Origin: Squalus acanthias
Lineage: Eukaryota
Direction: 5' to 3'
Length of the DNA stretch: 64,000 nt
Assembly (NCBI GenBank): GCA_030390025.1
Contig: CM059438.1
Span: 19,530,001 to 19,594,000, forward strand
Of this stretch, positions 38,637-51,633 are shown piece after piece; the stretch's first letter is position 1; each line of letters begins with the position of its first letter. Both the position numbers and the translations under genes were made by a program. The notes under the pieces were generated by a model that was not told where the DNA came from, did not search any database, and saw only the letters and a list, made by a program, of their open reading frames with translations.

Positions 38637-41600
38637 GTTACCCTCTTTCTACCTTGATTTCTCCTTATGCCCATTATTCCCAGGCCAAGCAATTCCCACA
38701 GCCAAGGGGAAGGTGCAAGCAATTCACAGCCAATACCATTCTTAGCCAACCACCAGGAGTCAAGTGTGAATAGACTACTAGGTCACTTCTATCCAAATTT
38801 CACTCTCTTCTGCTGGGAGTGCTCTTTTAATATCCCTTTAACATATCCTGGACAATCAAATGTTCCTAACCAGTCATGTCGCACGAGTAATAATCTTGTA
38901 ACATTGTCAATCATAACTAGAGAATACACAGTTGTATATGCAAAGTTTATACTGTATTGGAAATACAGCAAAAGAACTGTTCCACTACAGATGCCATGCC
39001 AACCAAACTGATGTAATTTAATATGCCACTCTCAAACAAAAAACCTGATCCAGAGGGAATTCTAACAATTTAACATGTGCCAGTGGAGTGGAGAGCAAGC
39101 AAAACATTAAATTGCGACAAATAGTACACTGAAATATCATCTCAGTGCCAGAACAGTACTAGTTTAGGATACATTGCATTTATTGTTTTGAGACACTGCG
39201 GTAATGTTATGTTCTCAGTGTAGGTTTGACCAATTCAAATATGCAGCGTTGAAAAGCTATTGCTATAGTGCTTTTTTTGTAAATCCTTCCTGACATGATT
39301 AATACATCTAGTTTATAAGGCTCTGGTCCATATGCTATTAAAAACTGAAAAATTATTTTTGTTTCTTTGAATATAGAATTGATAATCATTAGTGAGCCCT
39401 GTATCTTGGTGTTATTAATTTTTATCATCCTTAATAGTTGACAAACATTTTTACATCAGACTGCAGCACAGTATTTGAAAGTGTGAACAGTTTTCTTTTC
39501 ACTTCACCACACTTTTTAAAAGCTATTTTTAGTCCCAGTGTGTCCCTTCACAACACAACTCCAATGCGAGCCATCTGTCCCAAAGTTGACTTCTTTAGAA
39601 CACTGTGTAATAGAAGTTACACTTCTAGGAGTCCGTGCTGTCAATGCCAACTCCCTCCTCTTCTCTCAATGAATGGAGTAACTGCCCATAGGGCACTCCA
39701 TCCAGTCGCCCAGCCAAGACGGCTGCTCCCTGGAAACAACCTGGAGTGAATGATGGGCAGTCCTGGAATTTGAACCTGCAACAATCTGATTGGGAGATAT
39801 GCAATCTACCACTTCTATATTAGGTGCCCCATCCCTTGCATGTTTTAATGTAAATATTAGTTTACATTTGCTTTGTGCCCAAATCCCATTATCATGCTGG
39901 GATCTGTAGACAGATCCCAGAATGAACTCTGTATTTACAATGTGAGACTTTGCTACTATGCTCAAACTGGTGAACAGCAAAATCCACCTGGCTGCTCTTC
40001 TTTTACACACCACTGATTTGACACCATCAACTTCACAGCTGCCAAAATGAAGACCAGAGAGGCTTTTACCCACTTGGTTTATGTTTTAAACAGCCTACTT
40101 AGCATTTTTAGTAGCTGTGTTCAGCATCCACTAATATCATAAATAATGTATAATATTCCCTTATTTGGTACTAACTTACCTCGAGAGCAAAAAAAAACAC
40201 TAGATAAAGCTCTGAATTTTTAATCTGTTTAATGATAAAAAATGATTTGAAGCTGCCAGCAGAATTTGTATTTCCGGTGACCTTGATAATTGGACCTAGG
40301 TTAAATCAACTAATTCTTTGCCAAGCAGACACTACCCAGAGTAAATGTCAGATGGCTCAATCATATCTAGTTTTTCAGAAAACATCTAATGTTTGTCAGT
40401 AAAGTGCTACAAATCCCTGGGATAGCAGTGTATTATCCTTGGACACATCAAGCTTTAGCCAAAGATTTATAAATTTGCCTTTAAATGCAAGACCAAAAAG
40501 TTATAATGGAAGAAAAGTTCCTTATGGTTTGGAATACAAGATATCTCCACATCTGCTGAACAGTTCTGAATTTTGATAATTAATGTTTCACAGCTCTCTG
40601 CTTAATTCACTTTCGGAGTTCCAGAGTAGCACCATAGGAAGATAGGGAGCAATCAGCTGTTCTTTTTATTCTTGGTTACAAAAAAACATTGTAGTACAAC
40701 ATCCAAAAAGCAATAAAAAAATGTAATTGATCTTTCCTTATTTCACAATCTAAACAGGTTTCTTGCTAAAGCTCTGCCTTACCTTGGAAAAACCTGCAGT
40801 GGTTGAGTACATGTCAGCCAGATGCCTGTTTCAAGTCCCTTGGACGGGAGCATAACCCAAAGGACCAGAGAGTCAAAAACTCCTGAAAGACCAGGCTGAC
40901 TCTGGTTTTTCATTTCATTTCTACAAAGACCTGGTTCTGTGCTCTAAGCTCAGTTTATGGAAATGAAAGAGGGAGGTTAGTGCAGGGCAGTTACACTTGT
41001 GCTCAACACCTAATTTAATGTCAAGGTGGCGTGGAGTCTGGTTCACACTGCGTGTCGATTCAGCACTCGTGGTTCAGGTGTGTAAAACTGCCTGACATAA
41101 GTCAGGTTGCAGTCACTGTCAGAGCAAATCCAAACCTCGGACGTGCAGCATATCCAGGGTATCATTTTGACTCAGCTGGAGAGGGGGAAATACCAAAGCT
41201 CAGTCTTTAAACAGGCCAAGTAGAAAGAAGTGCATAAACGGACAATTGTGTTTCAAACATGCTGTTTTCTTTTCAACTTCAGAAATGATAAAGGATAAAA
41301 GCCACCAGCAACAGAGCTTGTTTTGCATGTGCACTTTGTATTTTTACACAGCAAATTTTGAAAACACAAGGCAGAGCAGCATATGGGTTAAACAGACCTA
41401 CTGTAAAAGGTCAGTGCTTTCACAAACCTTTCTGTTAGGGGACACAATCCCAAACAGTATCTTACTGTGAGGCCACTCTCTGGAATGTGCCAACATGCTA
41501 CACCATACAGTCATAAGACATGGGCCTGCACCCGCAGTTCCTCACATGGTGAGCTTGTGATTTCAAATGTTTGGATTTGGGCAGCTGCCAAGTGGAGGCC

Positions 41601-41790
41601 AGGCACTTCCCCAAAGGAAGGGAAGGAAAAAATCAAACTACAGGACTGATAGTCCCATTAAAACTATAGCTCTCTTGTTTTCACCCGGTCTTTTAATTTG
41701 CTGTATGAATACTTCTCAATAGCATTCCTTTCCTTTATCTCACTAGACAGCAGAGTAGGACCAGCACTACATGGACATGAACTTTTGCAC

Positions 41791-42019
41791 AAAATAACAA
41801 CAGAAAACGCTGGAAAAACTCAGCAGGCCAGGCAGCATCCGTGGAGAGAGAAAGAGAGTTAACGTTTCAGGTCGATGACCTTTCATCTGATGAAAGGTCA
41901 TCGGCCTGAAACGTTAACTCTCTTTCTCTCTCCACGGATGCTGCCTGGCCTGCTGAGTTTTTCCAGCGTTTTCTGTTGTTATTTCGGATTTCCAGCATCC
42001 GCAGTATTTTGCTATCGTA
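41791..42019 (+). mobile_element. Penelope-like fold-back element (family B) with minimal hammerhead core
   Basis: 96-bp inverted arms 41792-41887 and 41889-41984 (1 mismatch), a 35-nt unpaired tail and a perfect 14-bp TSD atgaacttttgcac (41777-41790, 42020-42033). Core reads CTGATGA-A-AGGTC atc GGCCT-GAAA-CGTT at 41887-41915. Confidence 0.85.
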
Positions 42020-43531
42020 ATGAACTTTTGCACTCTCAGCTTTCAATATTTCACCATTAGCTGCAATGTATAGCTGAAACAAATGCAAAATGAAAAGCAG
42101 CCATTTTAGCACATGAAAGATTCCCTCATCCAAAGGGGACTTACTTAATGAGTTGAAAGATTCTCACTATTTGTAAAATTCATCTTACCCTAGGAATCAC
42201 AAAAACTGAAAACTCTAAAACTGGAGATGCGATTCTGCACTGAACTAACTTTCACTCTCCTCACCTGCCTTACCAGGTCCCTTACATTCCTGCTTATATA
42301 AACCAAATGACCATGACAGCTTCCCAGACCAATTGTATCCAGCAGGCTGTCACTAAAATGTCCCTAACAAAATGCTTGTGTCACCAGCAGGAGGAAAATA
42401 ATACATGACTCATTAAATGGTGATGAGAACCTAACTGCTCTCTCTATATTCTCAGATTACCTTCAAGCGAAAACACCGACTGCAATTTCCCTCGACTGTC
42501 GACAGACCCACAGGCATAAGCCTTCATTCATTTATCTTTCCATCAGTTAAGAAAACCTCATTTAGGTAAACCACGGAGTGATTTTAAGTTCTATCTGCAT
42601 CCTTGGTAACAACCACCATTAAGGTATGGGAGGCTGCTTTGAAACTGCTGATGGTAATGAATTTCAAAACCCACCAAGATCAATATTGAAATAAAAGACG
42701 AGTGACAGAAGTCTCGATATTCCTTTACCATTTTAAAAATAGGCTACGCTGTAATTTAGGGAACTTTGACATCTACTTAACAGGTGGTGAATCTTCACTT
42801 AAAACAAAAAAAATCTGATGGAGATAATCAAATTCAGCTACGACGCTTTATTGGCACAGTGCATGTCACTGTACGACACCACACCAGAGTCCTGCTTTGA
42901 CTGAGCCTTTCCAGAGCAATAGTATCTGCTACTGACATCCTGGAGCCGCCACATGGATTCTCTAGATTACTGGCAAAATAACTAGCAATTCAAGTAAACC
43001 TTGTAGATAATGCTACATCAGAGTGGGTTCTCAATCACTGGAAGCCACACAGCAAAAACGGCTGAATGTGAGTCACAATTAAATGCGCTGCTTCGTGCAG
43101 GTTTTGAAGTAAGAATGCAATCTCCCCTTTTAAGTATTTAAATGATTGTTTGTGGTTTCTGACTTGTGGGGAAATTAGGAACTAAATAAAGGTTTACAAA
43201 AAACAAGAAAAACTAACTTGAAAATAGGAAACTTTTTAAGACATGGGCCTTACAAAAATAAACCAGTGTTAGAAAGTGCACATTAAACAGATACAAAAGA
43301 CAGTCCAACAATCTGTCACTCTAGTAAAAACCTTTGCAAATAACTTCAGTTGTCCCATTGTAAAGTATGCAAGCTACCATCGAAGTTTAATTATTGGTCA
43401 GTCCAGTTAAACACAAATTTGCATGAGAAAGGTTAGAAGCACTTAAATGTTCAATTAGATAACAGCCGCTTTTATTTTCCCTTGATATAATAACTGCCAT
43501 TTAACATTACAATCAATGCAATTTAACATAC

Positions 43532-43697
43532 CTTCTGTTTCCGATGCACCATCATCAGCAGGCTTAAGCTGTGGCCTTGCTACAGCTAGTGCTGCCATGG
43601 TTAACATGGCCCAGCAGACCAAGTAACAGCAACTAGGCATCCTATTAGTGAAGATCCTTAGACCGCTGCTGGAACTCCATCTGGACTCTAATCCCAT
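43532..43697 (-). CDS. FGFR2: FGFR2 first coding exon (19-aa N-terminal extension plus signal peptide); whole exon about 43532-43767
   Basis: Translates MGLESRWSSSSGLRIFTNR-MPSCCYLVCWAMLTMAALAVARPQLKPADDGASETE, resembling FGFR2 [23 protein letters not shown]. Acceptor tttttctttctgcag has its AG at 43769-43768, donor is GAAG|gtatgt, phase 1. There are 109 coding nt from the second ATG (43640), as recalled for mammalian FGFR2. Confidence 0.9.
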
Positions 43698-43719
43698 CTG
43701 AATTCTTGTGTATAGGCAT
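43645..43719 (-). promoter_or_regulatory. 24-aa upstream ORF overlapping the first in-frame FGFR2 AUG
   Basis: ATG at 43719 reads MPIHKNSDGIRVQMEFQQRSKDLH* with TAA at 43647-43645, followed by TAG. It is out of frame with the CDS and ends 4 nt before the second AUG. Confidence 0.6.
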
Positions 43720-44248
43720 GAAAGACCAGTGTCCTCTTCCTTACTGTGTGGCTCCTCACTTGAAAGGCTGCAGAAAGAAAAATTAGCCTGTCAGTGGAAC
43801 GATTGTGGAAGCTTATTTCAATCCAGAGGGGAATATTTGCAGTTCCAAATGTGAAAATCATGTTATTTTTCAACTGTCACAGCAACTGCTCATTAGAACA
43901 AAAATGATCTTTGTTTAACAGTTATTTCTGTGAAAATTTGCAGAAAAGCAACTTATTAAAGGATCTACCTTCAAAAAGTAACTTCAAACAGTCCTGTATG
44001 CTTTTAAAAATATTACTTTAAATTTTGGGGAAACTATTAGTTTCTAATTTTTCCATAGTATCACACTTAGAAAGCACGAACCCACATACCGTATACGACA
44101 GTGAAATGAATCGCAGAAGATTAAAGAGTATAAAGAATTCATAAGCAGTACTTATGTTTTCTTGATTCAGTTTTCCCTCTTACGTTCTTTCTGCAATGGG
44201 GACTTAAAAAAAAATCTTACTGAAAAGCAAGCTGCACTAAACACAAAA

Positions 44249-44416
44249 GTGTTTCCTAGGAATTATACTGGTAAAATGAATGCATACATTTGCAATTTTT
44301 CCAGTTGGTATTACAACTGCGAATCCAAAGGGGTGTTTCCTAGGAATTATACTGGTAAAATGAATGCATACATTTGCAATTTTTCCAGTTGGTATTACAA
44401 CTGCGAATCCAAAGGG
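44249..44416. repeat. Perfect 84-bp direct tandem duplication
   Basis: 44249-44332 is identical to 44333-44416 (gtgtttcctagg...gaatccaaaggg). Confidence 0.95.
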
Positions 44417-46360
44417 ACCCAGTTTCAGTCAATGAGCAGGTCTGTCCTCCAGTACAAGCACAAGGCATGTGGGATTGCGACAGCAAACAAAGCTGCACAA
44501 CCTGAGGAATACACATTCTGACCTGAGTCAACACATGGGTCAAAATACATCAACACAGCAGCTCTACATAATAGGAAAAACAACTGATGAAAATAAAAGC
44601 AATGTTTGAGAATAAACGTCTGCGATCCGAGATATCTGGCTCCAATCTCTACCGTAAAAAAAAAGCTCCACTTAAACCCAATTTAACCCTTTCACTGACA
44701 CAAAATATCATCTATGTTTGATTATAGAGTTTGAATGAAACACAATTCCAAAACTGGCTATTCTCTAAAGTGACCTGACAGTATCAGCTTACATGAGTGT
44801 AACATTTAATTTGTTCATACTGCACAATTCTGTCCATGAAAGTTCCGTTGGTGATCAAGAACAAATTACTCTCAGCTCTAATGTAATGCCTTTCACTTCA
44901 GTGGATTCTAATATCCCCAAACACATTTTACTTGCGTGATGATGACCACACAGAGCAGATGATCCAGAATTCAATCAATATACTATTAAAGTGGCACCTG
45001 ACCATAACACTTTTGATATTCCATGATTTTGGATGGAACACACACTGCTGATGGATCGTACTCTTAACAAGAGAAATCTCTCTCCATAACACAACTTTTG
45101 TATTCCTGCCAATAAACGTTGTGAAAAAAAGAGATGTTCTACTCTACATGATTATCATACAAAATGGTATCGGTTTTTGAAAATGTTTTCTCAAATATCC
45201 CTGTTCATTTTGCATTTAATGTATTTAAGTACAAAACCAAAATTTTTCACAGGTATAGAACGTCTTCACATAATTAAGTTGTAAACGGCATAATTTTGGT
45301 GATAGAAATGACATGAATTCTAATCTTTGCATTTATGCCCAATGATATTGGCTGCAAAATACCATTTGATAGTTTGTCAGTTGGTCCTTTCCTGCAACCT
45401 AGAATTCATTTCACACTGATCTAACTTCTCACCCAAATGCACCGTCAGCAGACTTTGGATTATAGCTAACTACAGATCCCGCTTTCCTCATCTTAGAAGT
45501 AACAACTTGTATCTATTCTATTTATTGCCTTTCCATTGAAGGTGACATGAAAGTGTGGTGATAAACAATACTAGATCACATCTCCAATTCACAATTGTAT
45601 AAATATTTCAATACCGTAAAAACTACTACTTCAGGCTGTAAAAAATGCATGTGCTTTTTTTCTACTTAAGAAACAAACAGATAAATATATGGAGTAATCT
45701 TAAAGATGCTACACATTGTGGCAAGTTTTAAAAAATCACGTTTAGAAAAAGTACTGTACGAGTCTTAAGAAGTACCTGAAGTTGATTACAGCATTAGACA
45801 TGCAATTTTTCTCCAGAATGTTCACATATTGGCTCCTTGCAGTAATACAGAAATACACAGCAATCCTTAGCGGAGTTCCTGACACAGTGAAAGCTAGACT
45901 TTTTTTGAAAGGGAACTTTGTCTCCCTCCACAGACTACATTGGGGAGGAGCTGTCAAGCTAATCTGATTGATGGCCTCAATGCCACCCGCTCTTCAAGCC
46001 ATTTTCACCTCATCACATACCTGCCCAAATTATTCTAAACATGGGAAAGGCAGCTAGGTTGAGAGAAGTACTGCATTCCTTCAAGCCAAAAAAAAAAACT
46101 CTCCACGTACAGTTTGCAAGTGAGCACTTGTTCTACAGTGACTAATGTAATTTAACTTCATAAAGGTTATCAAAGTCATTTTATTATTTTTCAGCCTCAG
46201 CTAATTTTTCTTTTCTGTCCCTTACGGCCACCACAATGTAACATTCAAACAAAACATGAAATAAAAAGATACCACATTTTTGATTTCAAAGAGATTACAT
46301 TTAAATGCAATTTTGGCATACAATAATTGTCTGCAATCCAACACTGCTTGGTAGAATTAC

Positions 46361-46910
46361 CTTTACTACCACAGCAAGAATATGACCCACGTTCCCCGCA
46401 GCAGGCGTGTGCACAGGATGAATTAAAGTAAGGAATGTGGGCTCCCCTGGGTAGTCTTCTAGAAACAGAGTTGTGCCTGGACTACTTAGATCCAACTGCC
46501 ATAGGTCTCTGAGGAAAACTCGACTATTCAGAATCAGTGAAAACATGACCCAAACACACATATCCAACATGCGGCTCTCGCAGAATGAAAAAGGGTGTCC
46601 ATTTCTCCAAATAACTTTTTCTTATTAAAAAAAAGAGGAAAAGTAAATCACAAGAGATTACTATCGTCCTGATGGTATCTCTGTGAGAAAACAAAGACGG
46701 CAACAATACAGAATAAAAGCAGATACTGCAGCCCTAGTTCTGGATTCACTTCATTCACAAGCTCGGTGCAATCTCAAAAGCCTTGTGGTGTCTGTAAATC
46801 TTTTCTCCCCCTCTCTCCCCTCTTTGGTCACTCCCCCTGTTTGTAATCTGAACCTGTTCCTGAACCGCGCTTCATCATCAAACAAGCAGAGCAAACTGCC
46901 TCTGCCAATC
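46361..46910 (-). promoter_or_regulatory. Candidate FGFR2 non-coding 5' exon or promoter region
   Basis: Donor AAG|gtaatt at 46360, candidate acceptor ttgttttctcacag at 46682, a purine-rich tract and a CCAAT near 46906, about 2.6 kb upstream of the first coding exon. No CpG island and no transcript evidence. Confidence 0.25.
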
Positions 46911-48479
46911 AAATCAGTTTTCAGTAATGTTTAACTCTGGGGGCCTGGCTGTAACTCCTCTACTTCACAGCATGTAGAACTTGGCACACAGTTTGCTGGC
47001 ATGTCCCCCAACTCAGTTTAGTCCCAACACATGAACAAACATTTGCAAGACTAGTAGCTGCTGCATTCATATAGCAAAATGAATGCAGTAACAGGAAGCA
47101 ATGAAACACTGGGGCATTCACTAACATCTACCTATTAGTACTTCAGAAAGCAGCATTTTGGTTGCACAATGACGAGACAGACAGCATTTTTCCTTTAACA
47201 GCAATTCAGGGAGTTTACTCCTTTAGACTGAAAGGACAGCAATCAATCAACAGCAGCTCACTTGGCTAAATGACTTACCATTAAAGTAAAGCCTGGCAAT
47301 TCTTAAAGCGATAGCAATTGCACAATGTGAAAAAAAGCAAAAGGAGTGTTCGGAATAAAGAAAAGAATAAAAACAATAACGATCATAGTAAACAATTCCA
47401 TCATGAGATATTTTGGGGGAAAAAGCTTATCACAGCAAGCTTGAGGAATCTTTCACAGCAGTTATGTTTTTGAATAGAACCATAATCTATTCACTGATTT
47501 TGTATAGTGATTGGCTGCTTTGGAACTCCTTCAAGGTCCTATTGAATGCGAATGGTATAGCTAATAAGCCTATTATTGAGCCCCCCAGTGGAGTGTGAAT
47601 GGACAAATAGACACTACTCAGCAGACTTGGGACCAAGGGCAGTAAAGCCATCAGAGGCTCAAGGTGACAGTTCAGCCTGCAAAAGAGAACAATAGCTTTA
47701 AGTCTTAACCAAGAGCAGGGACTGACAAGGACCCCATTCAGTATATTTTCACCCCTACAGGGATCCATTTTATTTTGTCTTTCTCCAACAAAATATCTCA
47801 AGTAGCCTAAACTCTTGAAAGGCCCCAGAGACTACCTTTTAAAAAAAAATGCCTTTTATAAATTTTGTACTGAAACATCAATAAGTAGCCAGGACATTAA
47901 GGAGAGGTGGTAGATTGAACATTCTCCGATAATAAAGTGCAGATATATGCTGGAAGTGCAGGCTATCAATTTACCATTTAATTGGGATGCAAATGCATTT
48001 GTCATACTATTTCGAAAGCATGAGTAGTGTCTCAATACAAGGAAAATGTTATATTAGTTACCCTGATATTTTAACACTCCAACATCTCTTTTACTGAGAC
48101 AGGAGAACTCAATTCATCTTTCAGCTCCTATTAGGATTGCATTTACAAATGCTCTTTATCAAGATACTAAGGCATGTATGCATGACTACTGATGCGATCA
48201 TATACAACATTTAGCCAGAAACACAACACAATTTTACCCTCCAAATTTTCTCACCTCCTCTGCTGAAAACTCTGGCTCTCCCTGGGTGATGCTTCAAAGA
48301 GCATTGCCCCTCTTCCCCATTACTCTGCCCAATGTATCACTTTTTATCGTGAACATAGACAGTGAGCACGGGCACACTATTCAACCATCAGAAACATCAC
48401 AGTTCAACCTGATTCTATCCTCACCAAACGTTCACATGTCTGCGTTATCTGGTAGGACTCACTGAATCAAGAACATGAG

Positions 48480-48600
48480 CATTAGCCGATTACTTTCCCT
48501 TCCATAACCCAGAGATGTGGAGGTCAATTGGTACAGTCCCCACCAGCACCTGGTTAAGGTCAGTTATCTCAACACAGATAGGGTATCGAATCTGGGACCA
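48480..48600 (-). mobile_element. tRNA-derived SINE fragment (related copy at about 36760-36845 on +)
   Basis: B-box-like ccagattcgataccct followed by tctgtgttgagataactgacct, similar to ccaggtttgattccaggtctgtgctgttaactgatct near 36765. Confidence 0.45.
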
Positions 48601-50802
48601 GACTGGATCATTTTACAATAAAATTATTAAAAGCATTTAAAGCAAAAACACTCATTTTCAAACTAAAATCCTACATGTCTAATGTAATACCAAAAAACAC
48701 AGATTCACTATTGTCTGAACCAAAAATTCAGGTTACAAAGTGCTTCAAGAAGCATAATGGCATTTTATAGTACCTTGTATTACTCTCAGAAGGACTAATT
48801 TAGGCAGGCTTTAGTATGCTGTAAAGAACGGAGCTCATTTTCCCCTCAGCTTCAAGCCTACAGTGGCAGAATCTGCCACTACATTATCCAAACAGTCAAG
48901 TTACTTTAAAATACCCAGCCAATGGTGCCAGAACGTCTGAGCCGGAGCCTGTTCTCACACAGAATAAATACTGTGCCTTTTAAACTGTAATTAATTACTT
49001 CAAAGTACATTTTGACAGTATGGGAGTTTGAGGAGAAGTGAAAAAGGGAGGAGCCTTCAAAATGTAAACTATTTCTAAATATTGCTAGTTTGTATTGAGC
49101 ACTGTATGGTTTTGGAGCCGTTACAAAGGGGGCCTGTGGTCTCAAGATCCTTTGGAGCTATCCTAGTCCAAAACCAATCAGCAGCTATATATATATTTGA
49201 AACAATTCTAAGAGTTACTGAAATGCAGTGTAACTGTCATAATAAGCAAGTTAGCAGTGACAGTGTTTATAACTTAAAAAGTAAATTACAGGATGCAAGT
49301 TATAGGTTTATATGATAGCACATTCCAACCTCAGACAGTAAACATTAGTTATTTTTAATAAAACAGCACATAAAATATGTTGTACATCTACCTCAGAGGC
49401 TGGAACTAGGGATGTGCTCTGTTCAAACTCAGACTGAGGGATGAAGGAGAGCAGTTTAGGGTGAACTGCCTGCCTATTTTCCTTCCTTTCATCTCTGCTT
49501 GGAAGGAGTTAGCTTCGACTCACTATTTTCCCAACAACATAAATAAGATCTTGAGCTTGCATTGGAATCACATATGCACTTAAGAAATTTAACATACCGG
49601 CAAGCAGGTATGAAATGATTGGCAGTCACATTTTTCTAGGCTCACGGTTGAAGAATCTGTCATTATAAGCTATAATAAACCAATGGAAAATGTAAATTGT
49701 CCTGCTGCTGTACTCAATTTCTGCCATTAGAGGCTGCTTCTCCATTGCTCAATTAGAACTCAAGGCAATCCACTGCTCGTGTTAACAGCGCAAAATTTAA
49801 CAGATCTGCTGGATTTGTCTTGGGACCTGCACATCTGGACATGCTCAGTCCCTGAGTCAGCAATCTCACAATAGTTCCCAACCATGGTCTCACCAGTTAC
49901 CTGAAAAAATGCCCAGGGTAATTTTCTGACTTTGCACTCCCGGCAGTGACCCTTGCCCACTGACCGTGCTTAGTGCAAATTCAGGCATGGGCTGCACAGG
50001 ATTTTCTTACCGTCAGAAAATAGTGCACAGTGCATGTACCTGAATTTCTAATGTGCGCTTCCAGTGAGCATGGCTCCCCACCAGAAGCACAAAGTTAGAG
50101 AATTATCCCTCAAGTCTAAATATACTGAATATTTAGGGACAGTAGCTAAAGTATTTTATAAATTAATTCACAGAAAACACTGAAAAGAGAATACAACACT
50201 TTTTAATTCCAGTCATTTACATTTGACACATTTTTCTTTTTTGAAAACAAAAATCACATAAACCAGAAATGACTACACTGGAGCTGTCCCAAAATGTATT
50301 ACTGGTTCATAGCTGGCTGCTCAGTGGTTGTTCCGCTTGATTTATCTCTCACTCTCAAAACTCGTCCATCTTTTTGACTGACAACCCAGGTGGAATGGAA
50401 TGGAGGTTTTTTTTTCCTCCTGTGCAGCTATGAAACAATTCCATATACACCTACAAAAACATCACTGAAACCACAAAAATGTTGACTCTGTCCTTACATA
50501 TTAAAACAGATAGCTCACTCTGTGGTAGATGTCAGAAGGAGGAGCTAGATTATCTGGTTAGCTTGATGCAATCATTTTAAAATCACCACACCTCAAGAGG
50601 CGCCTAATTTACAGTTGATAAATAGATAGTTGCATGCATACATCATTACGCAATTCCATACATTTTTCTGAACTTATCAGAATTGGGAGCAATATGCATG
50701 ATTGTTGTGCTCATTTTACTGCACTACCGTACAGAATAAACAGCACAGAAGCAGGCCATTCAGCCCAACCAGTCCATACCATAAACATGTAAAAGAGTCA
50801 TA

Positions 50803-51633
50803 GGGCAGAATTTTCATTGACCCGTGGAGGCGGGTTTGGAGGCGTGTGGGGTGGGAAAATAGCAGATTCGGGGGTCCCGAACCCATCCCGCCCCCAACCC
50901 GCCTCCATGCCAGTTTCACAGGAGGCGGGTTCCCGACCTGTGCTGGGACCCGCCTCCCTGAGGCGGGAAGGGGATTAGTGGCAATAAACTGCCTGTTAAC
51001 AGGCAGTTTTTTGCCTAATCCCTATTTTTGGCCCTGAAGTGTGGGCTTCCCGACAGGTCCGAACCACGCCGATTTAGCGAGGCGGACCGTCGGTCTGGAG
51101 GGCTTGGAGGGGTTGAGATGTGCGGTGTGCAGGTGAGTGATCGGTGCATGAGTGCAGAGGTAAGTGTGTTTGGTGTGTGTAGTGTTTTAAGAACTTGTAC
51201 TTACCTTAACTTTGTCCTGCAGGCTTCCTTCCTTCAGGTCTCGTGAGTCCCTCAGCTCACCGGCACAGAAAGCAGAATGGCCGCGGAGCTGTCAAAAGCT
51301 GCAGTCTCTGCTTTCTGTGCTGGACTGATTTCTAACTTAGTCTAAGTACAGGGACTCACGTTAGAAATCATATTGTCAGTGTTTGACAGCTTCACAGAGC
51401 TGTCAAACGCTGAAATTTCATCTATCAAAAGCTCTTGACAGATGAAATTTCAATGGCTGACGTCACCTGTATCCAAGGGACCCTTGATTGGCCTGCTAAG
51501 CCCGCTGGGCGGGCTTAACAAGGTCAATCAAGGGAAAATACAGTGGGTTGGCCACAAGTCGATGGAGGCGGGACTACAACCCAAAAAGTGGGAGTCCCGC
51601 CTCCATCACGTCCCCATTGACAAAATCCAGCCC
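50803..51633. mobile_element. Non-autonomous TIR element (PIF/Harbinger-like MITE) inserted in the CR1 3' tail
   Basis: TIRs gggcagaatttt/aaaatccagccc, subterminal tggaggcggg/cccgcctcca repeats and a 3-bp TSD ATA. The flanks rejoin as agagtcatagagtcagag. Confidence 0.75.

Noticed and set aside
28619-42019. Palindromes as miRNA genes or DNA-transposon MITEs
   Set aside because: The 12-14 bp TSDs, asymmetric tail and hammerhead core fit Penelope-type retrotransposition better, although small-RNA processing is not excluded.
44162-44521. ORF with an internal 28-aa repeat
   Set aside because: A by-product of the 84-bp duplication being a multiple of 3. It is antisense in an intron and has no ATG start.
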